A stretch of 64,000 nucleotides of DNA from NCBI GenBank assembly GCA_964601775.1, contig CAZRPD010000004.1:2687-66686 (forward strand). Direction: 5' to 3'. The stretch comes from an uncultured Caulobacter sp. GTDB taxonomy: Bacteria; Pseudomonadota; Alphaproteobacteria; Caulobacterales; Caulobacteraceae. Positions 40,108-49,987 of this stretch are shown here, in pieces. Each line of letters opens with the position of its first letter. The first letter of the stretch is position 1. The position numbers were made by a program, and so were the translations under genes. The notes under the pieces were generated by a model. That model saw nothing but the letters and a program-made list of their open reading frames with translations, was not told the origin of the DNA and did not search any database.

Positions 40108-40741
40108 TTGATCGCCGGACCCCTACTGGAGGCGGGCATGCTTAGCGCCTGCGCCACAGCGACGCCCTACCAGCCCAACTTCTCGGTCCAACCCGCCCAA
40201 GCGGCGTCCCGGGGCTTTTCTGAACAGCGTATCGAAGGCAAACCGTGGAAAGCTACCGGCTCTATCGCGCGCCCGACTGACAGTCGCCCAGGGCTACGAC
40301 AGTTTCGCGATCGCAGTTCGCCAAACCGACCGTCAGACGAGCGCCTACGTGCAGAGCGACCGTTCTACAATTCCTGGTACGGGTCCAACTTTGGGCATTT
40401 CGCGCCCAGTTGGCGCTACGATGGAGCCGGCCATCGCTGGAACAGTTGGGGACCCGCAAATGGGCAGCGCCTGCTTCGGCAATAGGATGGACATCCACAC
40501 GATCCCGAAGTTCGTGGCAATGGCGGAAATCTTGATGCGCCGGGGAACCCAGGCAGCCGACGATCCCACGGCGTTCCAGGCCCGTGCAGTCCTGGAGAAC
40601 CTTGGGCCACGTATCCAGCGTCGCGTTCCTGGCGTTTGCCTGGCGGCTCCCTGTCCCTGCTCCGCGTCGTCCCTTCAGACACCGCCGGCGCGTAGAGCAA
40701 ACCGACGGTGCGTCAAGGCCTCGCTGATGATCCAGGTCTAA
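40108..40741 (+). pseudogene. Frameshifted lipoprotein gene remnant
   Basis: Colinear pieces lie in three frames. These are MLSACATATPYQP...GFSEQRIEG (frame of 40108), ERYRLYRA then LTVAQGYDSFAIAVRQTDRQTSAYV, FYNSWYG...SWRYDG, and DDPTAFQARAVLENLGPRIQR (frame of 40349). Together they resemble a small alphaproteobacterial lipoprotein family that I recall being annotated as CC0125/CC1285. Confidence 0.4.
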
Positions 40742-40750
40742 CGATCTCGT

Positions 40751-41116
40751 TCAGTGGCGGAAGCCGCCTCGTCGGGATCGCGCTAATACCCCGCCCAACC
40801 TCGACAGCGCAAAGGGTGCGAGGATGAGGAAGAATGCGCCAAAGGCCCAGATTGCAACGACCGCCGGCTTAGCGATCCCTCGCAACACACCCGCACCCTG
40901 TCCGACCAGGCTGGCCTCACCCAAATTTTTGGCGACAAGGGCCGCCTCTTTGCCCACACCGCTTAGGGCCGCGAGGTCCTTGACGCCGCTCAGCGTCGAA
41001 GCATTGTTGGTGCTCAACCAGGCGGTCACGCCGTCCGCGGCCTCGTAGCCCAACCAGGCCAACAGCGACCACACGATCAGCGCCGCGCCGGCGAGAACCC
41101 AGACAATGGACCGCAT
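40751..41116 (-). CDS. Small membrane protein
   Basis: The start is set at MRSIVWVLAGAALIVWSLLAWLGY. A second TM segment is PAVVAIWAFGAFFLILAPFAL. Confidence 0.5.
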   Translation of the reverse strand: MRSIVWVLAGAALIVWSLLAWLGYEAADGVTAWLSTNNASTLSGVKDLAALSGVGKEAALVAKNLGEASLVGQGAGVLRGIAKPAVVAIWAFGAFFLILAPFALSRLGGVLARSRRGGFRH

Positions 41117-41485
41117 CCGGGGGCTGCGCTCAGTTGGCCTGCCCCCCTTCGGCCTAGGCCCGAAGTACGGGGTGTTGTCGCCGCCCCCACCACGCCATCC
41201 GTCCTGTGAATGCTTGTCCAATAGCGTTGTCCTTCCCTGATGCGTCGCTGTGGAACGTCGCACCACAGCAAGTGGGCCGCGTCGTTATCGTCCGTAGCTG
41301 AGCAGTGTCACACCACCCGTAGCGACCGCCAACCCCAAGCGCTTTATCGCCGGCTCGGTCGTGCCTGGCGATGTAGCTTGAAGCTGTTCTTGATGAGCTC
41401 TGGCTGCTGATGGACCCGGGCATGACAGCGGGGAGGAGCACCGCCGTGAGTCGGCCGACGAACCATTTGACCATTAATAGATGCA

Positions 41486-42241
41486 TCACGTGCGCTGCAC
41501 CTTGGCGGTAAAAATATAGCCCACCCCCCGCACAGTGCGGATCAACGTCTCTTTTCCGCTGGGATCGGCCAGCTTGCGACGTAGCCGGCTGACCAGCACG
41601 TCAATGCTGCGGTCCGAACCGTCGGACAACCGAGTGCGGGACAGCGCCAAAAGCCGTTCGCGACCGATGACTCGCTGCGGATGGCCGGCGAAGCTAACGA
41701 GGAGATCATATTCCGCCCCGGACAGATCCACCTCCGCCCCAGCCGGTGAGCAGACCTGCCGACGTCGCAAGTCCACCGTCCAACCACTGAAGGACATAAT
41801 CTCGCGGGCCGCGAACTCGGTGGCCGGTGCAAACTGGCGCATGGCCACCCGGCGGAGCAGGGCGCGAACCCGAGCCAATAGCTCCTTGGTCCCAAATGGC
41901 TTGGTAATGTAGTCGTCCGCTCCGAGTTCCAGCCCGACAACGCGGTCGACCTCATCGCCGCGCGCGCTCAGAAAGATGATGGGAACCGCGCTGGTCTGCC
42001 GCAGAGTGCGGCATAGGTCCAGACCGCTAGCGCCGGGCAGCATGACGTCAAGCAGCACCAAGTCTATGGTGTCGCGTCGGAGCGCTACCCACATTTCGGG
42101 GCCTGCCGAGGCCCCGACGACGTTGAAGCCGCTTTCACGTAAATTGCGGACAAGGAGGAGGCGCAGGCTCGGATCGTCCTCGACCACCAAGATGGAGGAC
42201 ACCCCTTCCGTATAGGGCGCCATCGCGTCAGTTGCCGACAT
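41486..42241 (-). CDS. OmpR-family response regulator, with no cognate kinase adjacent
   Basis: 251 aa. Reads ILVVEDDPSLR...LVLLDVMLPGASG...ADDYITKPF, followed by a winged-helix domain (EYDLLVSFAGHP...VRGVGY). Confidence 0.88.
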   Translation of the reverse strand: MSATDAMAPYTEGVSSILVVEDDPSLRLLLVRNLRESGFNVVGASAGPEMWVALRRDTIDLVLLDVMLPGASGLDLCRTLRQTSAVPIIFLSARGDEVDRVVGLELGADDYITKPFGTKELLARVRALLRRVAMRQFAPATEFAAREIMSFSGWTVDLRRRQVCSPAGAEVDLSGAEYDLLVSFAGHPQRVIGRERLLALSRTRLSDGSDRSIDVLVSRLRRKLADPSGKETLIRTVRGVGYIFTAKVQRT

Positions 42242-42629
42242 GTCGGAGCTCGAAAAGAGCAGCGGGCAAGTCGCAAGGGCAGCGACTAGGTTGCATTGTA
42301 AACGCGGCCTGAGTTGGCAATTTCAAACACACAGATACACACCTAAACAATGCAATAGTTGGTGCATGAGCAGCTACAGACGCGGCCGCGCCGAAGCGCG
42401 TGTTAATGCTGTCGAGATGTCGCAGAGGGCGGTAAGCGATTTGATGCTGCGCTCTTGGCACTGCCGCAACAAATGTGAAACCCGTGTATCAACGACGTGT
42501 CGCGAACATTAAATCGAGTTTATCCGGGCTGAGATGGGGTGGTGGCATAGAGACGACACCAGCGCGAGCTGACATACGGCGAAAGCCCGCCCATTCCCCG
42601 GGCGCGATACCTGGAGCGAACCCGAGACT

Positions 42630-43598
42630 ATGCCCGCCAAACTTAAAAGCCCCACACCCTCCAGCGACTTTGGTGAAGCCTCTCAGCTTGAGCGTCTTCT
42701 GCTCATGGCCGAGACGCCGCAGCCCCTGGTCACGGCGGTCGTTCACCCTGTCGACGCGGTTTCACTCTCAGCGGCCGCCGAGGCCGCGGAACGCCGGCTA
42801 ATCGACCCTATCCTGATCGGCCCGAAAGCGCGCATCGGGGCCGCCGCCCTGGCCGCCGGGGTCGACATCGCCAAGTATCAGATCATGGACGTCCCCCACA
42901 GTCACGCCGCCGCCGCCAAGGCTTGCGAACTGGCGGCGAGCGGCAAGGCCGCCGCCATCATGAAGGGGGCGCTGCATACCGACGAATTGATGGAGGCTGT
43001 CGTCGACAAGGCATCTGGCCTGCGCACCGATCGGCGCATGAGCCATGTTTTCGTTCTGGACGTTCCAGGGCATCCTCGCCCCCTGCTGGTCAGCGATGCC
43101 GCGCTCAACATCGCGCCCGACTTGATGACCAAGCGCGACATCGTTCAAAACGCCATCGACTGCGCCCTAGCGATGGACATTGTCGAACCCAAGGTCGCCA
43201 TCCTGTCGGCTGTGGAAACCATCAATCCGAAGATGACCTCAACCCTCGACGCCGCCGCGCTCTGCAAGATGGCCGACCGCGGACAGATCGTCGGCGGACT
43301 ACTGGATGGGCCTCTGGCCTTCGACAACGCCATCTCCCTCGAGGCCGCCGAGACCAAGGGCATCGTCTCGGTCGTAGCCGGCCTGGCGGATATCCTCATC
43401 GTGCCCGATATCGAGTCCGGCAACATGCTGGCCAAGCAGCTCTTCTATCTGTCCAAGGCTCAATCGGCCGGGATCGTCATGGGCGCCCGGGTCCCCATCA
43501 TCCTGACCAGCCGCTCGGATCCCGAAGCCTCACGTCTGGCCTCCTGCGCATTGGCGATCCTGGTGACCCAGCATGGTCTCAGCAAGTACACGCCATGA
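42630..43598 (+). CDS. pta: Phosphate acetyl/butyryl-transferase (PTA_PTB family)
   Basis: 322 aa. Reads AIMKGALHTDELM...HVFVLDVPG...LVSDAALNIAPD...DILIVPDIESGNMLAK. Confidence 0.85.
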   Translation: MPAKLKSPTPSSDFGEASQLERLLLMAETPQPLVTAVVHPVDAVSLSAAAEAAERRLIDPILIGPKARIGAAALAAGVDIAKYQIMDVPHSHAAAAKACELAASGKAAAIMKGALHTDELMEAVVDKASGLRTDRRMSHVFVLDVPGHPRPLLVSDAALNIAPDLMTKRDIVQNAIDCALAMDIVEPKVAILSAVETINPKMTSTLDAAALCKMADRGQIVGGLLDGPLAFDNAISLEAAETKGIVSVVAGLADILIVPDIESGNMLAKQLFYLSKAQSAGIVMGARVPIILTSRSDPEASRLASCALAILVTQHGLSKYTP

Positions 43599-44797
43599 CC
43601 GACCGGGTGCTGACGCTGAACGCAGGGTCCTCCAGCCTGAAGTTCGCGATCTATGACCCAGGCGCCGGCTTGGCTCTAAAACTATCAGGCCAGGTTTCTG
43701 GCTTAGGGGGTGCGCCCAGGATGCGCGCCAGTGCCGGCGGGGCGGTGGTCGTTGACGAGACCTGGTCCGGTGCGGCCGACCTCGATGCCGCGCTCCAGCG
43801 GGTGTTCGATTGGCTGGCGACGACGGAATGGGCCAGGGGGATCGTCGCGGTCGGTCACCGCATCGTCCACGGCGGTCTCCAATTTCGAAAACCCGCCATT
43901 CTGACACCTGACGTGATGCAGCGCCTCGACCGTCTCTCACCGTTGGCGCCGCTGCACCAGCCCTTCAACTTGCGCGGGGTGAACACGGCTCGGTCGCGCT
44001 TCCCCGACACACTGCAGGTCGGCGTATTCGACACGGCTTTCCATGCGAGCCAGCCGGAGGTGGCGCGGCTCTATGCGCTGCCGCGAGACCTCATCGACGA
44101 GGGCGTGGTGGCCTACGGCTTTCACGGACTCTCCTTCGACTATATCGCCGGGGAACTCCGCACGCAGGATCCCCAGCACGCCGGAGGCCGCAGCATTGTC
44201 CTGCATCTCGGCAGCGGGGTCTCGCTCTGCGCCCTGGATAAGGGGGTGAGTGTCGCGACGACGATGGGGTTCTCGGCGCTGGACGGTCCGCCGATGAGCA
44301 CGCGCTGCGGCGCCCTGGACCCCGGCGTCATGCTCTATTTGCTGCAGGAAAAGGGCCTCTCGGCGCAGGCCGTCAGCGACCTGCTTTATCACCGCTCGGG
44401 CTTGCTGGGCCTGTCGGGGCTGACCGGCGACATGGTCGCCTTGCTTGCCAGCGCCAAGCCTGAGGCGGTTCAGGCTCTCGAAGTCTATGTCTATCGGATC
44501 GCTCGTGAGATCGGATCGTTGGCCGCAGCGCTCGGCGGCCTGGACACTCTGGTGTTCACGGCCGGCGTCGGAGAAAACGCCGTCGGGATCCGGCGGCGGA
44601 TCGCAGATCACTGTGGCTGGCTCGGCCTTCGTGTGGACGCCGAAGCCAACGCCGCTGGATCAGGCGGCATCAGTCAGCCGGAAAGCGCCGTGAAGGCGTT
44701 CGTTATCCCGACCGACGAACAGATCGTCATCGCCAGGGCCGTAGCGGCGTTGGTCGCACAGGCGCCCAACAAGGGCATGGCGGCGAGCAGCCCTTAA
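43595..44797 (+). CDS. ackA: Acetate kinase
   Basis: The ATG overlaps the pta stop (ATGA). Reads VLTLNAGSSSLKFAIY...VGHRIVHGG...FDTAFH...YGFHGLS...TAGVGEN. Confidence 0.88.
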   Translation: MTDRVLTLNAGSSSLKFAIYDPGAGLALKLSGQVSGLGGAPRMRASAGGAVVVDETWSGAADLDAALQRVFDWLATTEWARGIVAVGHRIVHGGLQFRKPAILTPDVMQRLDRLSPLAPLHQPFNLRGVNTARSRFPDTLQVGVFDTAFHASQPEVARLYALPRDLIDEGVVAYGFHGLSFDYIAGELRTQDPQHAGGRSIVLHLGSGVSLCALDKGVSVATTMGFSALDGPPMSTRCGALDPGVMLYLLQEKGLSAQAVSDLLYHRSGLLGLSGLTGDMVALLASAKPEAVQALEVYVYRIAREIGSLAAALGGLDTLVFTAGVGENAVGIRRRIADHCGWLGLRVDAEANAAGSGGISQPESAVKAFVIPTDEQIVIARAVAALVAQAPNKGMAASSP

Positions 44798-44969
44798 ACA
44801 GGTCAGATCCTTCGCCATGCGCACCCGCTGAGCGGCGCCTTCGCATCAAAGCATTGCGGCAGGGTTGGTCAGGGATCGCTTCCCCCACAGCTTAGTTCTA
44901 AACGAGGCGATTGGCTCGCCCTGACGTTGGGTCTCCATAGTCGCAACAGCAACATCTAGGAGCGCGCGG

Positions 44970-47459
44970 ATGAGCGACAAACTCGAGCTTGATATCCCGG
45001 TGCTGCTTCCGGAGGTGTCGGACGCCGCCGACGCCTGCGTCGATCGTCTGGTGGCCATCGTCGGCGCCAAGCCCGGTGTCGACCGCGTTCATGTGAAGCC
45101 CGCAACAGCGGACGCGCCCGCCAAGCTGTGCTTGCACTTCGATCCAGGGCAGCTGCCGCTGGCGCGCGTGCGCGACATGGTGCGAGCGGCAGGCGCAGAG
45201 GTCAGCGCGCTTTACGGCCACGCAGTCTTCCAGGTGAAGGGCGTTACGCACCAGCGCCGTGCGACGACCGTAGGCGACGCGCTTCGCGCCCTGCCCGGGG
45301 TCCTGCAAGCCGAAGCAAGCGCCGCCGGCACGGTCCGCGTCGACTATGATCGGCAACGCACGAGCGAACCCGCGATTCGCAAGGCGCTCGTCGACCTGAA
45401 GCTATCACCGACTGTGGCCCAGAAGGGCGATCAAGAGGGCCATGACCACGGCGCGGGCGTTCATCCCGGCGGAAGCGGCGGTGGCGCGGGCGACGCGCAC
45501 GGTCACGCTGAAGGCGGCTTCCTTGGCCCGAACACGGAACTGATCTTTGCGCTCGCCTGCGGCGCGCTCCTGGGCATCGGCTATGTGATAGAGAAGTTCG
45601 CCGAGGGCCTACCCGGTTGGCTGCCGACCGGCTGCTTTATCGCCGCCTACGGCTTCGGCGGCTTCTTCACCGTGCGCGAGGCGATCGATAATCTGAAGCT
45701 CAAGAAGCTTGAGATCGACTCGCTCATGCTGGTCGCCGCGGCCGGCGCCGCCGCGCTCGGGGCCTGGGCCGAGGGCGCGCTGCTGCTGTTCTTGTTCAGC
45801 ATCGGCCACGCGCTGGAACATTATGCGATGGGCCGCGCCAAGCGTGCGATCGAGGCCTTAGCGGAGCTGGCTCCCGACACCGCGACGGTGCGCCGTGACG
45901 GACAAACCATCGAGATACCCGTCGAACAGCTCGAAGTCGGCGACGTCGCCATCGTCCGCCCCAACGAGCGGCTGCCGGCTGACGGCTTCGTGATCAAGGG
46001 GGCGAGCGCCATCAACCAGGCGCCGGTCACCGGTGAGAGCATGCCGGTCGACAAAAGCCCGGTCCCCAATCTCGAAGCGGCCCGGGCGAAGCCCGATGCG
46101 GTCGATGCCGCGTCGCGCGTCTTTGCGGGCACAATCAACGGTGGGGGCGCGATCGAGATCGAGGTCACCAGGCGCTCGAACGAGAGCGCGCTCGCCAAGG
46201 TGGTGAGGATGGTCAGCGAGGCGGAGACCCAGAAGTCTCCCACCCAGCGCTTCACCGACCGGTTCGAACGCATCTTCGTGCCCGCGGTGCTGCTCTTGGC
46301 GTTCGTGTTGCTGTTCGCCTGGGTGGTTGTCGATGAGCCGTTCCGGGATAGCTTCTATCGGGCGATGGCGGTCCTGGTGGCGGCTAGCCCCTGCGCCCTG
46401 GCCATCGCCACCCCCAGCGCCGTGCTCTCCGGCGTCGCCCGCGCGGCGCGGGGCGGTGTCCTCGTCAAAGGGGGAGCGGCGTTGGAGAACCTTGGTTCGC
46501 TCAAGGCCATCGCGTTCGACAAGACCGGCACCTTGACCGAAGGCCGCCCGCGCATCACCGACGTGGTGGCGGTCGACGGCGTCAGCGAGGACGAGTTGCT
46601 GGCCCTGGCCGTCGCGGTCGAGGCGCTGAGCGACCACCCGCTGGCGCAGGCGATCGTCAAGGAAGGCCGCGGGCGGCTGGGGGATCGGAGCGTGCCCACC
46701 GCTGCCGACCTCAAGAGCCTGACCGGCCGCGGGGTCGTTGCGACCGTCGATGGCGAGACCGTCTGGATCGGCAAGGCGGAGATGTTCGGGACGGAAGGCG
46801 TTCCGGCCTTGGGCGCGGTCATGACGGATGCGATCGCAAAGCTGCGCGAGGGCGGCCGCACGACCATGGTGGTGCGCAAGGGCGACCGCGACTTCGGCGC
46901 GATCGGATTGATGGATACGCCGCGCGCGGCGGCGACGGTCGCGCTCAAGCGCCTGCACGACATGGGCATCAAGCGCATGATCATGATCTCGGGCGACCAC
47001 CAGAAAGTCGCCGAAGCCATCGCTAAGGAGGTTGGCCTTGATGAGGCCTGGGGCGACCTGATGCCCGAAGACAAGGTGGCCGCGATCAAGAAGTTGGCGG
47101 CCGAGGACAAGGTGGCGATGGTCGGCGACGGCGTCAACGACGCTCCGGCGATGGCCAGCGCCACAGTGGGCATCGCCATGGGCGCGGCCGGAAGCGACGT
47201 GGCGCTGGAGACGGCCGACGTCGCGCTGATGGCCGACGACCTCGCACACCTGCCGTTTGCGGTCGGGCTCAGCCGGCACACCCGGGGCATCATCCTCCAG
47301 AATGTCTTCGTCAGCCTCGGCGTCGTCGCATTCCTGGTGCCGGCGACGATTATGGGTCTGGGCATCGGTCCGGCGGTCGCCGTGCACGAGGGTTCGACGC
47401 TGCTGGTCGTGTTCAACGCGCTGCGGCTTCTCGCTTATCGCGATCGTGCCGCAGCATGA
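44970..47459 (+). CDS. Heavy-metal P1B-type ATPase with SPC and HEGST motifs (P1B-4-like, probably Co/Zn/Cd class)
   Basis: 829 aa. Contains [17 protein letters not shown], the TM motif [12 protein letters not shown] and the distal [16 protein letters not shown]. The N-terminus lacks CxxC but has a His/Gly stretch, [27 protein letters not shown]. Confidence 0.85.
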   Translation: MSDKLELDIPVLLPEVSDAADACVDRLVAIVGAKPGVDRVHVKPATADAPAKLCLHFDPGQLPLARVRDMVRAAGAEVSALYGHAVFQVKGVTHQRRATTVGDALRALPGVLQAEASAAGTVRVDYDRQRTSEPAIRKALVDLKLSPTVAQKGDQEGHDHGAGVHPGGSGGGAGDAHGHAEGGFLGPNTELIFALACGALLGIGYVIEKFAEGLPGWLPTGCFIAAYGFGGFFTVREAIDNLKLKKLEIDSLMLVAAAGAAALGAWAEGALLLFLFSIGHALEHYAMGRAKRAIEALAELAPDTATVRRDGQTIEIPVEQLEVGDVAIVRPNERLPADGFVIKGASAINQAPVTGESMPVDKSPVPNLEAARAKPDAVDAASRVFAGTINGGGAIEIEVTRRSNESALAKVVRMVSEAETQKSPTQRFTDRFERIFVPAVLLLAFVLLFAWVVVDEPFRDSFYRAMAVLVAASPCALAIATPSAVLSGVARAARGGVLVKGGAALENLGSLKAIAFDKTGTLTEGRPRITDVVAVDGVSEDELLALAVAVEALSDHPLAQAIVKEGRGRLGDRSVPTAADLKSLTGRGVVATVDGETVWIGKAEMFGTEGVPALGAVMTDAIAKLREGGRTTMVVRKGDRDFGAIGLMDTPRAAATVALKRLHDMGIKRMIMISGDHQKVAEAIAKEVGLDEAWGDLMPEDKVAAIKKLAAEDKVAMVGDGVNDAPAMASATVGIAMGAAGSDVALETADVALMADDLAHLPFAVGLSRHTRGIILQNVFVSLGVVAFLVPATIMGLGIGPAVAVHEGSTLLVVFNALRLLAYRDRAAA

Positions 47460-48373
47460 GGGCGGAACAGGTCGATGTCCTGATAGTCGGCGGTGGCCCG
47501 GCAGGTCTGACCGCCGCGATCTATCTCGCTCGGTTTAAGCGCCGGGTGCTCGTGGTGGACGACGGCAACAGCCGCGCCAAGTGGATTCCCCGATCTCACA
47601 ATCACGCCGGCTTCCCGGACGGGATCAACGGTGAGGACCTGCTCCGGCGCATGAGCCAACAGGCGCAGCGCTACGGCGCGACCACCTTGGAGGCCCGTAT
47701 CGACACCTTGGAAGGCCAAGCGGAGGCCTTTATTGCGCGGTCCGGCGATCTGACCATTACCGCACGTGCGGTTTTGCTCGCGACCGGCGTCACGAACCGA
47801 CGCCCGGCGATTGACGGCGAGACGCATAGCGATGCGCTCAACCGCGGACTGCTGCGCTACTGCCCGGTCTGCGATGGCTACGAGGCGACCGGCCAAGCGA
47901 TCGGTGTGCTCGGCGCCGACGCCCACGGCGTCGCCGAAGCGCTGTTCCTTCGCGGCTACTCCGATCGAGTAACCGTTTTCGCCGCGAGGGAGATCGAACT
48001 CGATCCTGACGATCGCAAAGCGTTGAAAGAAGCCGGCATCGCCATTGCGCCTTCACCGCTCGATCGGTTCGATTTCACGGAAAAACAGGTCATCGCACAT
48101 CTGACGGGAGGCCAGGCGCTGCGCTTCGACACCGTCTATCCCGCCCTCGGGTCGGACAGCAACAACGCGCTGGCCCGGCAGCTCGGCGTCGAACTCAGCG
48201 AGGAAAAATGCATCGTCGCGGACCTCAAGCAGCGCACCAACGTGACGGGCGTCTACGCGGCAGGCGACATCGTGGTGGCGCTTGACCAGATCAGCGTCGC
48301 CATGGGACATGCCGCGATCGCGGCGACCGCGCTGCACAATGACCTGCGCCAAAAGGATGGCCACTCTCGCTAG
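47456..48373 (+). CDS. FAD-dependent pyridine nucleotide-disulfide oxidoreductase (thioredoxin-reductase-like)
   Basis: Reads [20 protein letters not shown]...YCPVCDGYE...GVYAAGD. Its ATG overlaps the ATPase stop (ATGA). Confidence 0.8.
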   Translation: MRAEQVDVLIVGGGPAGLTAAIYLARFKRRVLVVDDGNSRAKWIPRSHNHAGFPDGINGEDLLRRMSQQAQRYGATTLEARIDTLEGQAEAFIARSGDLTITARAVLLATGVTNRRPAIDGETHSDALNRGLLRYCPVCDGYEATGQAIGVLGADAHGVAEALFLRGYSDRVTVFAAREIELDPDDRKALKEAGIAIAPSPLDRFDFTEKQVIAHLTGGQALRFDTVYPALGSDSNNALARQLGVELSEEKCIVADLKQRTNVTGVYAAGDIVVALDQISVAMGHAAIAATALHNDLRQKDGHSR

Positions 48374-48615
48374 ACGCCATATGTATTCAGTACACCTTGG
48401 CGCGCACGGCGCGCGTTTTCTGTATATCTTTGGCTGCTGTGTTCGCGCCGTTCTCCCCAGCTTACTCTAGAAAGCAACAAGCGCCGATCTTCACCAGGGC
48501 GAAACGCGAGCGCTATAGATTTTCCTCCCTTGAGATTATACTGCTCAATCTTATACGAAAAAAAAATGTCGGTGACGGGTTGGCGGCTAATGAAGACAAC
48601 ACGCGGCATGGCGCG

Positions 48616-49053
48616 GTGACAAGGGCGGCCGGGCCGCCCGACCGGGTCGCCTGGACGTTGCTGGTGGTCGCCTGGCTCGTCGCCCTATCAGCGACGCTTG
48701 GCGCGTTGTTCATCGGCGAGGTCATGGGGCAAGCCCCTTGCAATCTCTGCTGGTTTCAGCGCGCCTTCATGTTCCCCTTGGCCGTGGTGCTGATGGTGTC
48801 GTGCCTGATCGGGGACAGCCGCGTGGGTCGCTATGCCTTGCCGCTGGCCGCCATGGGCTGGCTGGTCGCGTTTTACCATGTGCTCCTGCTCGGGGGCGTG
48901 ATCCCCGAAGAGATCAAGCCCTGCGGAGCCGGTCCATCCTGCTCCAGCGCCGATACGGTCATTCTTGGCTGGCTCCCGATCCCGGCCCTCTCGCTGGCGG
49001 CGTTCACCGCCATTATCGTCCTCCTCGTCCTTGTTCGCCGCAGGTCGCCATGA
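48616..49053 (+). CDS. Disulfide bond formation protein B (BdbC-like DsbB)
   Basis: A GTG start is proposed at 48616. Contains GQAPCNLCWFQRAFMFPLAVVL and a second Cys pair, KPCGAGPSC. It has four TM segments and about 145 aa. Confidence 0.7.
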   Translation: MTRAAGPPDRVAWTLLVVAWLVALSATLGALFIGEVMGQAPCNLCWFQRAFMFPLAVVLMVSCLIGDSRVGRYALPLAAMGWLVAFYHVLLLGGVIPEEIKPCGAGPSCSSADTVILGWLPIPALSLAAFTAIIVLLVLVRRRSP

Positions 49054-49841
49054 AAAACCGCATCGTCATCCTTGTGATCGCCGGTCTCGCCTTGGCCGGC
49101 TTCGCAGCAGCGGCCTTTATCTACAACAGTAGCCAAGGCGCTAACGCGCCCAAAGCGCACGTGCAGAGCCCGAACCCGGCAACACCGCTTTCCCCGTCTG
49201 TTGGGGGAGCGACGGAAACGCCTGCCGCCGCAGTTGGCGATCGCACCGCTTCAAGTGTTCCGGCAGCGGGAGCGGCCGGCGCATTGAGTCCGCCGGCGGC
49301 GGGCCCAAGGGACAACGCCCTTGTGAGGCCCCATTCGCCGACAGTGGGTCCGGTCGCCGCCAAGGTGACCATTGTCGAATTCTTCGATCCGGCCTGCGAG
49401 GCGTGCCGCGCCTTCTATCCCATCGTCAAACAGACCATGGCGCAGTATCCCGGGGATGTCCGATTGGTCTTACGATACGCCCCTCTCCATCAGGGCTCGG
49501 ACGAGGCCGTGCGCATTCTGGAAACGGCAAGGCTCCAGAACATTTTTATCCCGGTGCTGGAGGCGCTTCTGGCGCGGCAGCCGGAGTGGGCCGCGCACGG
49601 TTCGATGGATCTGGACAGGGCCTGGGTGATAGCGGGAGAGGCGGGTCTCGATCTGACGAAAGCTAAGCAGGCGAGGATGGGATCCAAGATCACTGCGGCG
49701 CTGGACCAGGACATCCAAGACCTAGCGACGGTGGGCGTTTCCCAGACGCCAACGTTCTTCGTCAACGGCAAGCCGCTGCAGGACTTCGGCGCGCGGCAGT
49801 TCCAGGACCTGGTGCGCGGTGAGGTCGCCGCCGCTAAGTAG
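49050..49841 (+). CDS. Membrane-anchored DsbA/BdbD-like thiol:disulfide oxidoreductase
   Basis: The ATG overlaps the dsbB stop (ATGA). A TM anchor is followed by the thioredoxin fold EFFDPACEACRAFYP...VSQTPTFFVNGK. Confidence 0.8.
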   Translation: MKNRIVILVIAGLALAGFAAAAFIYNSSQGANAPKAHVQSPNPATPLSPSVGGATETPAAAVGDRTASSVPAAGAAGALSPPAAGPRDNALVRPHSPTVGPVAAKVTIVEFFDPACEACRAFYPIVKQTMAQYPGDVRLVLRYAPLHQGSDEAVRILETARLQNIFIPVLEALLARQPEWAAHGSMDLDRAWVIAGEAGLDLTKAKQARMGSKITAALDQDIQDLATVGVSQTPTFFVNGKPLQDFGARQFQDLVRGEVAAAK

Positions 49842-49892
49842 CGGCGCCGCCGCCGCGTAGAGTCGTCCCTGTCGCCGTTCCGAAAACCCTGC

Positions 49893-49923
49893 TTGACCCT
49901 CTAGTGGGTAGAGCATGCATGTT
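49893..49923 (+). promoter_or_regulatory. Candidate MerR-family-type promoter/operator upstream of the Cys-rich CDF gene
   Basis: TTGACC is followed by the dyad CTCTA-gtggg-TAGAG. A 19-nt spacer separates it from a weak -10-like CATGTT. This layout resembles PbrR/ZntR/CadR-type promoters. Confidence 0.4.
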
Positions 49924-49987
49924 GGTTGCGAGAGCGTATTGGGCCTGTTCGCAGCGGCCCTAGGGCCTCGTCCCGCGGAGGTGAGCC

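Noticed and set aside
41154-41489. A 111-aa minus-strand ORF whose GTG overlaps the stop of the response regulator
   Set aside because: The N-terminus is signal-peptide-like, but the remainder is Ser/Thr/Arg/Gly low-complexity sequence with mixed codon bias. It also overlaps the upstream region of the next membrane-protein gene. The support is insufficient for a CDS call.
42291-42355. The inverted 9-mers TTGCATTGT / ACAATGCAA, separated by 47 nt, upstream of the orphan response regulator
   Set aside because: They could be an operator pair or a stem. It is a single occurrence in an AT-rich region, with no second copy in the window to support function.
42456-42470. A sigma-54-like TGGCAC element
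   Set aside because: The downstream element reads CAAC rather than TTGC at the required spacing, and no enhancer-binding protein is nearby.
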